Source: an uncultured Rikenellaceae bacterium (lineage in GTDB: Bacteria > Bacteroidota > Bacteroidia > Bacteroidales > VadinHA17). From it: DNA of 64,000 bases. The position numbers and the translations under genes were made by a program. The stretch spans positions 32,000 to 95,999 of the forward strand of contig CAYSXP010000012.1 in the NCBI GenBank assembly GCA_964435015.1, written 5' to 3'. Within the stretch, counting starts at the first letter, position 1. Every line of letters starts with the position of its first letter. Shown here in pieces: positions 57,969 through 64,000 of this stretch. Under the pieces are notes generated by a model. That model was not told the origin of the DNA. It did no database searches and was given only the letters and a program-made list of their open reading frames with translations.

Positions 57969-58658
57969 TTGGCAAAACGTTCAGTAAATACAGTATTTAT
58001 ATTTCTTGTCTTTTTTTTAGTCACCCGGGGTCAGGCTGTCCAGAGGGAACGGTTTTTTCAGCTGAGCGGCATTATTACTGATGAAAGCAACAGGGCGCTG
58101 AGCAATGTCGGTGTTATCTCCTTCCGGCTCAAGCGGGGAGCGCTGAGCGAGAATACCGGAATTTATTCCATAACCAGCACTCCGGGCGACACAATATTAT
58201 TCAAGGCTCTCGGTTTTAAAAGGCAGATGATCATAATGCCAATGTCGTTTGAAGGCAAACGCTATTATGCTGACATTGTACTGAGCATGGACACCATTCC
58301 GATAGAGAATGTTGTAGTGTTGCCATGGAAAAGCTACAATGAGTTTATAAAGGATATTACATCGCCCTACCCGGTTGATCCGGAAATTGAGAACATGAAC
58401 AAAAACATTGAGTCTGTCAAATCAGCCCTGGCAAACCAGGCTGATGTCCGGATCAGTCCGGAAGCAGGCTACAGGTATGCCATGCAGCAGAATTTCAACA
58501 TGACGGCCACCCGGAACCAGTATCCTTCAAATAATCTTCTGAATCCCTTTGCATGGGCAAAGTTCATTAACGGGCTGAAAAGCGGCCTGCTCAGGAATGA
58601 CAAAGCTGAAAAGCCTTCCAGGACAAAGGTTAAAACAAAGAAGAAAAGGAAGAAGTGA
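57969..58658 (+). CDS. Carboxypeptidase-regulatory-like domain protein
   Basis: 229 aa with a TTG start. It has a signal peptide, then LSGIITDESNRALSNVGVISF...TGIYSITSTPGDTILFKALGF (CarboxypepD_reg-like), and a Lys-rich tail. Confidence 0.6.
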   Translation: MAKRSVNTVFIFLVFFLVTRGQAVQRERFFQLSGIITDESNRALSNVGVISFRLKRGALSENTGIYSITSTPGDTILFKALGFKRQMIIMPMSFEGKRYYADIVLSMDTIPIENVVVLPWKSYNEFIKDITSPYPVDPEIENMNKNIESVKSALANQADVRISPEAGYRYAMQQNFNMTATRNQYPSNNLLNPFAWAKFINGLKSGLLRNDKAEKPSRTKVKTKKKRKK

Positions 58659-59413
58659 GGAATTATCAGGAAAAGATAGCCGGTCTGCTGGGAACTGTGA
58701 TCCTGCATCTTATTGCAGGCATAATCTTTGTGTCGTTCAAGCTTCACACCCTTAAAGTCAGGCAGGAAGCCGTCCAGAGGCTTGAACTTGAAATGGTGGA
58801 TGAACAGGATCTCAAGCCAAGGGAAGAGCCAAAGGAAATTCCCATGACATCGGTTGAAAATATTTTCCGCGATGATGCTGAGATGCTCAATATAGCAAGG
58901 AATCTGGCCAGCCGGAGCGAAATCAAGATTGACAGGAACGATTACATTGACAAGGTAAAGGAAGAGCTTATTCAGAGCGGCCGGCTTGGAGCCGACAACT
59001 ATATCGACAATCCGGCATCAGGTTACCAGCCGGGGGAAGATGAAATCTCCAGCGGTGATGAAGAGGAATCCGTTCGGTTAAAGGAAGAAGAAAAAGTGAA
59101 GGAATCCCAGAAAATGGCCGCCAGTTATTCAGGTCCCACCCGTATTTATTATGACCTTGCCGGGCGCAGCCACACTTATCTTCCCATTCCGATATACAAG
59201 TGCCAGGGCTCCGGGAAAGTAGTGCTGCTGATTGATGTTGATCAGAAAGGCAATGTTACCAATGCCGCAGTTATTGCCGGGGAAAGCACAACCTCCGATG
59301 AATGCCTTACTGAAACTGCAGTGACATCCGCAAGAAAATCGAGGTTCAATGCCAGTATGGATGCCCCAAAGTCACAGAGGGGAACGCTTACCTTTATTTT
59401 TGTTGCCCAGTAG
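58655..59413 (+). CDS. TonB-like energy transducer (N-terminal TM anchor, charged linker, TonB C-terminal-like domain)
   Basis: The GTG start overlaps the upstream stop (GTGA) and is required to include the TM helix IAGLLGTVILHLIAGIIFVSF. An acidic/Lys linker follows. The C-terminus is GSGKVVLLIDVDQKGNVTNA...RGTLTFIF. Confidence 0.6.
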   Translation: MRNYQEKIAGLLGTVILHLIAGIIFVSFKLHTLKVRQEAVQRLELEMVDEQDLKPREEPKEIPMTSVENIFRDDAEMLNIARNLASRSEIKIDRNDYIDKVKEELIQSGRLGADNYIDNPASGYQPGEDEISSGDEEESVRLKEEEKVKESQKMAASYSGPTRIYYDLAGRSHTYLPIPIYKCQGSGKVVLLIDVDQKGNVTNAAVIAGESTTSDECLTETAVTSARKSRFNASMDAPKSQRGTLTFIFVAQ

Positions 59414-59466
59414 CTGAAAGCTGAGAGATTGCCGAGGGGTTTAAGGCGGGATCACCCCGGGGAGAT

Positions 59467-60192
59467 TCAGAACGGAAGGGTTCTGTCAGGATAGTCGAAA
59501 GGGCGGATGATCTCCGGTGTATTCCTGTTTGCCTTTTTATCGTTAATTAGACGGCTGATTGTATGGGCCTGCAGCTCCCCTGAAGGATATGGTTTCAGAA
59601 GGCCGCGGACCTCTTCTTCCGGCAAACCCGGGTCGAGCCATAAAACCTCACTCTTTTTATCTAGTATTGCAGGCATCCTTTTCCTGGAGTTGTGGATCAC
59701 TGCCATCATTTCATTGGCATCGGTGGTAATCACCGAGAAAGAGTCAATCACCCTGCCGGTGGTATTATCCGTCCATTGATCGTACACGCCTGCCAGGGAA
59801 AAAATATCGCCCTTCAAATGATATATGTACCATGGAATTTTGCCTCCGGGTGTATGCTGCCATTCGAAGAAGCCTCTGACGGGAACGAGGCATCTTTTTG
59901 TTTTTGCAGGATTTGAGAATGACGGTTTTGAGAAAAGGCTTTCCGCCCTTGCATTGAATGTTTTGTATCTGATTTCATTGGCATCGGTGAGGGATCTGGT
60001 CCGGAAAGGTATCAGGCCCCAACTCATCAGCCCGGTCCTCACGGGTGATCCTGAGCAAATGACTGGCAATTCAGGAAGTGAGAAAGCATGATAATAGTAA
60101 CTTGGCCTGAACCTGTCAGCATCGGGAAACAGTACTCCGAACCTGTTCTCAAGTTCATCCTTAACCAGGTTTACATTAACCGTAAAGCACAT
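59467..60192 (-). CDS. SOS response-associated peptidase (SRAP/YedK family)
   Basis: 241 aa with an N-terminal Met-Cys (MCFTV), GFFEWQ, and the HNSRKRMPAIL His motif. Confidence 0.8.
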   Translation of the reverse strand: MCFTVNVNLVKDELENRFGVLFPDADRFRPSYYYHAFSLPELPVICSGSPVRTGLMSWGLIPFRTRSLTDANEIRYKTFNARAESLFSKPSFSNPAKTKRCLVPVRGFFEWQHTPGGKIPWYIYHLKGDIFSLAGVYDQWTDNTTGRVIDSFSVITTDANEMMAVIHNSRKRMPAILDKKSEVLWLDPGLPEEEVRGLLKPYPSGELQAHTISRLINDKKANRNTPEIIRPFDYPDRTLPF

Positions 60193-61523
60193 TATTCATA
60201 TTTTGGAGCCGGAACATCCACTTTCACCGGAACCGGCAGGGAATAATCAAACAGGTCGTTGCCGGGCCACTCCTCTATCCGCGCAATGTATTTTGCCATC
60301 ATGCGGCTTATATAGGAGTGTATTTCAGGTCCGTTCCATGCGCTGGAATTGAGCAGGATAACCCATGATGTGCCGTCGGGCTGCCGTTTCAACATGCCTG
60401 CGGAACCGGAGAATGATCCTGTTCTCCACCAGTTGCCGTCGTTCAATGTGGCTTTCCATCCGACAGGTGCGAAGCGGCTGTTTATATCAGTCATGAACCG
60501 TATGCTCTTTTCCGACAATATGTCGTCGGGTGCGGCAAACCCGTCGACTGCCAGGAGCAGCCGCATCAGGTCAGGGGCGGTTGCCAGCCAGTATCCCGCG
60601 CCGCCGAGCGTTTCTATATCATTTCCGCCGTATCTTACAGGTACCAGTTCATCTGTGTCGTAGATTGAGGGTCCGGGCGGTGTTCCGTACGGCTCATAAT
60701 AAGTAACTTCAAACCGGGCTTTTTGTGATTCCATGTTCTTTGCCGGAAGCATGTCATAAATTCCGAGAGGTTCGAAGATCTTCTCCCTGCAGTACGAATC
60801 GTATTGCATTCCCGAGACTTTTTCAACAACAAGACCCAGTACCGCATAGCCCAGGTTCGAATATGACCGGCTGCTGCCGGGGGTGAAATGGAGTCTTTTT
60901 CCAAAGACGAACCTTATGATGGTGTTCAGGTCAACCGGAAGCCGGGCATTCATCTGCCCCGACACCACGCGCGGCATGAACATCTGATCCCCATACCTTT
61001 GTGACCATCCGCCTTCATGGCTGAGAAGATGGGCAACGGTAATGTCAAAAACCCTTTTATCCTTTGGAAAGCAATAGCAGGAATCATTGAGAATGCCATC
61101 GGGGCCGAAAACCCGGCCGTACAGATCAAGTTTTCCTTCCTCATGCAGCTTCATTATTGCAACGGCAGTAACAAGTTTTGATATGCTGGCAATCCTGAAT
61201 TTGCTGTACGGCTGTACTTCAGAGGCCGAGGCAGTGTCGGCATAGCCGAAACCACGTGCGTAAACCAGTTTCCCATCCTTTGAGACGGCCAGGGAAGCAC
61301 CCTGTATCTTCCATTTATCCATGAATGACCTGATCATCCCGTCATTCTCATTAAGGACATTTTCAAATGAATCTGAATTGGTGAGCCTGATGTTTCCCAC
61401 GGTAAGCCTGTCGCGCACATCGCCGGGATTTTCAACAGCTCCCGGATCATGTGCCATGAAAATGGCAAAGAAAATGATCAGCAATATTTTTTTCGACCTG
61501 AACAAATTAAAGAATCTTCCCAC
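60192..61523 (-). CDS. Serine hydrolase (beta-lactamase/PBP4-like family)
   Basis: 443 aa with an SxxK motif in FRIASISKLVTAVAI and a YSN motif in SYSNLGYAVLG. It has an N-terminal signal/anchor. Confidence 0.8.
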   Translation of the reverse strand: MGRFFNLFRSKKILLIIFFAIFMAHDPGAVENPGDVRDRLTVGNIRLTNSDSFENVLNENDGMIRSFMDKWKIQGASLAVSKDGKLVYARGFGYADTASASEVQPYSKFRIASISKLVTAVAIMKLHEEGKLDLYGRVFGPDGILNDSCYCFPKDKRVFDITVAHLLSHEGGWSQRYGDQMFMPRVVSGQMNARLPVDLNTIIRFVFGKRLHFTPGSSRSYSNLGYAVLGLVVEKVSGMQYDSYCREKIFEPLGIYDMLPAKNMESQKARFEVTYYEPYGTPPGPSIYDTDELVPVRYGGNDIETLGGAGYWLATAPDLMRLLLAVDGFAAPDDILSEKSIRFMTDINSRFAPVGWKATLNDGNWWRTGSFSGSAGMLKRQPDGTSWVILLNSSAWNGPEIHSYISRMMAKYIARIEEWPGNDLFDYSLPVPVKVDVPAPKYE

Positions 61524-61661
61524 GGCAAAAATATATTTATTATGGCTCGGGTTATTTATTTAATATTTTCAAAAATAATGACAACATTGAAACCAACAAA
61601 TATGCAGTTAAATTTCAAATTTTTAATTTTTCAAAGCATCAAATCAACTAACTTTGTGCAC

Positions 61662-63098
61662 ATGTTGTCAACAAAACTGATATTAAGACATATCCGGACC
61701 ATGTTTTTTTTGTTTTTGTCCTGTGGTCCGATATATGCACAAAGGGTCGATATTGATACAACAGATTATCTGCCATATTATTATAATCAGGCCCCTGAAT
61801 TCAATCTGATTATTGCAGCGTCGAAAGGGTACGGCAGTGAAGTTGACAGGCTCATCAGCAAGGGGGCGAACCTGGATGCGGAGACCCTTGAGGGTGCAAC
61901 CCCGCTGATCTATGCCGTGGCCAACAATCATGCAGAAGCGGTCAGGTCGCTTCTGGCACACGGCCCTGATGTAAACAAAACAACGGAAAGTCATCTGACG
62001 CCTCTGCTGATATCAGTAAAAAACCAGAATGTTGAAATTTCCGAAGCCCTGATCAGGTCAGGTGCAGACATAAATAAAACGGACCGGTACGGAGCTGCTC
62101 CCCTTCATTATGCTGTGATATACGGTGGTTTCTACATTACCGATCTTCTGCTTTATTACCAGGCTGACTGTAATTTAAAGGCAGAGGACGGCACCACCCC
62201 GCTGATGGCTGCAGTATGGGCGGGTTATGCCGATATTGCCGATCTGCTAATACAGAACGGAGCCAACATGGAAGCCAGGGACAATGACGGATTCACTCCT
62301 TTCCTTATCGCAGCCCAGAACGGCGACACCCTTTTGATGAATCTGCTTTTAAAATACGGCGTTGATCTGTATGAAAGGAACGCATTCAATTTCGATGCAC
62401 TGAATATAGCCATTGAATCGAATCACAAGTCTGCGGTTGAAATGCTTCTCTCGCGCGGCGACAAGTGGAACACGGGTGGTCATTCAGGGATCAATCCCTA
62501 CCAGATTGCGGCGGTATCCGGCAGAAAAGAATACAGCAGCATGCTCGAGCAGAAAAAGATACCCGGCAGGATCAGGCCCGCAATAAGTGAAATGGCAGTA
62601 CTTCTGTCGACCAGGTTCACCAACGGGGATCTTTTCACAGGATTGAGCCTGTTTTTCAGGGAACCAATGACAGGGGCCGGTTTCATGGCGGGATTTGACA
62701 TAAAGCCCTGGTATTCGAGAGTTATGATACAGGATAATGAAACCCTTTTCTACCAGTATCGTGACAGGAGCGCACTGGCGCATGCAGGCATTTTCAAGGA
62801 TTTCAGGCTGTCGGGCGATTACCGGAAGGCAAGTCTGGTGCTGACGGCCTCCCTTTCCGGCGCCTATTCATTCGGCAATAAACTCAGGGGCACCAATCTT
62901 GAACCTGAGAGCAGGTTCAGGCTGAATCCCGGAGCGGGAATCAAACTGCAGAAGGAACGCCTGATATTCGCAGCCGGCCTGGAATATCTCAAATCATCCT
63001 ATTACAGGGTAGGACCTGTGTGGTTAAGAACGGGCCTGGCCTGGAATATTCAGTTCAGGAAAACAAGGTCACCCCGGAAAACGATAAAATGGTATTGA
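61662..63098 (+). CDS. Exported ankyrin-repeat protein with C-terminal beta-barrel-like domain
   Basis: The start is trimmed to MLSTKLILRHIRTMFFLFLSCGPIYAQ (signal peptide). About 7 ANK repeats are present (GATPLIYAV..., LTPLLISV..., GAAPLHYAV..., GTTPLMAAV..., GFTPFLIAA...). The last ~190 aa show an alternating beta pattern and end in ...KWY. Confidence 0.75.
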   Translation: MLSTKLILRHIRTMFFLFLSCGPIYAQRVDIDTTDYLPYYYNQAPEFNLIIAASKGYGSEVDRLISKGANLDAETLEGATPLIYAVANNHAEAVRSLLAHGPDVNKTTESHLTPLLISVKNQNVEISEALIRSGADINKTDRYGAAPLHYAVIYGGFYITDLLLYYQADCNLKAEDGTTPLMAAVWAGYADIADLLIQNGANMEARDNDGFTPFLIAAQNGDTLLMNLLLKYGVDLYERNAFNFDALNIAIESNHKSAVEMLLSRGDKWNTGGHSGINPYQIAAVSGRKEYSSMLEQKKIPGRIRPAISEMAVLLSTRFTNGDLFTGLSLFFREPMTGAGFMAGFDIKPWYSRVMIQDNETLFYQYRDRSALAHAGIFKDFRLSGDYRKASLVLTASLSGAYSFGNKLRGTNLEPESRFRLNPGAGIKLQKERLIFAAGLEYLKSSYYRVGPVWLRTGLAWNIQFRKTRSPRKTIKWY

Positions 63099-63103
63099 CA
63101 GGC

Positions 63104-63526
63104 ATGAGAGAGGCAATCAGGTTTTTTGCATTTATACTGATGGCAGTATGTTTTTCCTGTGAGGGCAGCAAATGGCTCGTTAATTGTGAAGACTGCTACA
63201 GTGAAGAACCGGTTGAGGCCGGTGTCAGAATAAAGCTCAGGGACATACAGGTGCCTGTTACCATTACCATATACGACGGTGACCTGGAAGACGATGTCAT
63301 ACTTACATCATTTGAAGCATACGGATCAGAATACACCGTCAGCACCGGAATAAACAAGAAACTTACCTTCACTGCCACCTACAGGATCTCCGGCAGGATT
63401 TACATCGCCGTTGATTCAACGGTTCCCCGGGTGAAGTACGAGAAAGATCTTTGTGACAATCCCTGCTATTACGTTTATGACAATATAGTTGACCTTAGGC
63501 TCAGGAATACGGTGTCTGACAATTAG
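63104..63526 (+). CDS. Hypothetical Cys-rich lipoprotein
   Basis: 141 aa from MREAIRFFAFILMAVCFSCEG (lipobox). It is beta-rich. It begins 5 nt after the ankyrin gene stop. An alternative ATG lies at 63089. Confidence 0.5.
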   Translation: MREAIRFFAFILMAVCFSCEGSKWLVNCEDCYSEEPVEAGVRIKLRDIQVPVTITIYDGDLEDDVILTSFEAYGSEYTVSTGINKKLTFTATYRISGRIYIAVDSTVPRVKYEKDLCDNPCYYVYDNIVDLRLRNTVSDN

Positions 63527-63533
63527 GACGACA

Positions 63534-63603
63534 GGATCCTGAATCCTGAATCCTGAATCCTGAATCCTGAATCATGAATCATGAATCATGAATCATGAAT
63601 CTT
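63534..63603. repeat. Heptanucleotide tandem array: GGATCCT, 4x GAATCCT, 4x GAATCAT, GAATCTT
   Basis: Read directly from the sequence as 10 head-to-tail 7-nt units in two variant blocks. It lies between convergent genes and contains the stop codon (63593-63595) of the minus-strand gene. Confidence 0.95.
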
Positions 63604-64000
63604 CATTCCGGAAAAGGGGGACCCCTGCCAGTCCTTTTTTCCTGATCTCTGCTATCTCCCCATCATTTAACGGATCAAGGTCATTTCTCATTTCCAGTAC
63701 CAGCTTATAGAGCTCCGTCTGGCCCGAAGGCACGACAGCTGTCACGGGATGTGACAGCGCGAAACGCAGTCCCATCCTTATTTCATCCGTGGTTGAAAGC
63801 GGTTCGTACCAGCATTTCGGATATTTTGATCTGTCGGCCCCATCCTTCCAGGGTCCCTTTGCCATAGCTTTCAGCGCCAGTATTCCCATTTTTTTCTGAT
63901 GGGCCCTTTCCATAACCTGCGGTCCGAAATTGCCTGCGTACCAGGTTGCATAATTAAACGGGAAAAGGATGGTGTCGAAATCAAAACGGTCGATCAATGC
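63593..64000 (-). CDS. Aldo/keto reductase family protein, C-terminal part (gene continues past the right window edge)
   Basis: The reading frame is open to the window end. ILFPFNYATWYAGNFGPQVMERAHQKKMGILALKAMAKGPW ... LRFALSHPVTAVVPSG resembles AKR C-terminal regions. Confidence 0.55.
   Translation of the reverse strand, partial: ALIDRFDFDTILFPFNYATWYAGNFGPQVMERAHQKKMGILALKAMAKGPWKDGADRSKYPKCWYEPLSTTDEIRMGLRFALSHPVTAVVPSGQTELYKLVLEMRNDLDPLNDGEIAEIRKKGLAGVPLFRNEDS

Noticed and set aside
59467-61523. SRAP peptidase and beta-lactamase-family hydrolase sharing a 1-nt overlap as a possible functional pair
   Set aside because: The overlap indicates co-transcription, but the two families have no known or plausible mechanistic link (cytoplasmic DNA-damage response versus exported serine hydrolase). 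I judge it coincidental packing.
1-64000. Mobile element, prophage, CRISPR or defence island
   Set aside because: No integrase, transposase, recombinase, phage structural, restriction-modification or cas-like genes are recognisable. There are no tRNA attachment sites. Apart from the heptamer array, I saw no repeat arrays or long inverted repeats flanking any segment.

Overview
This is a 64-kb chromosomal segment that looks like a Bacteroidota genome. The evidence is two SusC/SusD outer-membrane pairs, a cargo protein with a type IX secretion (T9SS) C-terminal sorting domain, many lipoprotein signal peptides, and TTTG/TAnnTTTG-type promoter boxes.

I can support about 51 protein-coding genes, two of them truncated by the window edges. 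The left-edge gene is absent from the supplied ORF track and was translated by hand. I found no rRNA, tRNA, CRISPR array, integrase or transposase, and no classical defence-island genes.

Core metabolism and maintenance genes:
- nnr, a POT peptide transporter, and a thrA-thrC-thrH threonine operon.
- murB, mltG, trxA, ssb and iorAB.
- A DUF47/PiT phosphate transport pair, ggt, an M20D amidohydrolase, and an AlkD-like DNA repair protein.
- An SRAP peptidase and an exonuclease/GIY-YIG fusion protein.

Accessory content:
- A SusC/SusD locus (PUL1) whose only enzymes are a TAT-exported Gfo/Idh/MocA oxidoreductase and two DUF1080 paralogs.
- A second SusC/SusD locus (PUL2) with a 1.1-kaa FG-GAP/VCBS-ASPIC lipoprotein and an unknown lipoprotein, but no recognisable CAZyme.
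- GH95 and GH109-like enzymes.
- A 1254-aa gingipain-like C25 peptidase with a T9SS tail.
- A stand-alone AmmeMemoRadiSam radical SAM enzyme.
- A Crp / small CX4C membrane protein / thioredoxin module.
- An exported ankyrin-repeat protein with a barrel-like C-terminus.

I do not see an unambiguous, self-contained novel system. The most interesting leads are:
- the CAZyme-free oxidoreductase/DUF1080 PUL and the terminator-like hairpin inside its 550-bp susC leader;
- the thrB-less thrA-thrC-thrH operon;
- the VCBS/ASPIC PUL;
- the Crp-CX4C-Trx module with its GC-rich non-coding tail;
- the ankyrin/barrel operon;
- a two-variant heptanucleotide tandem array at 63534-63603.

All family calls come from motif and sequence recognition by eye. 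No database search was run.
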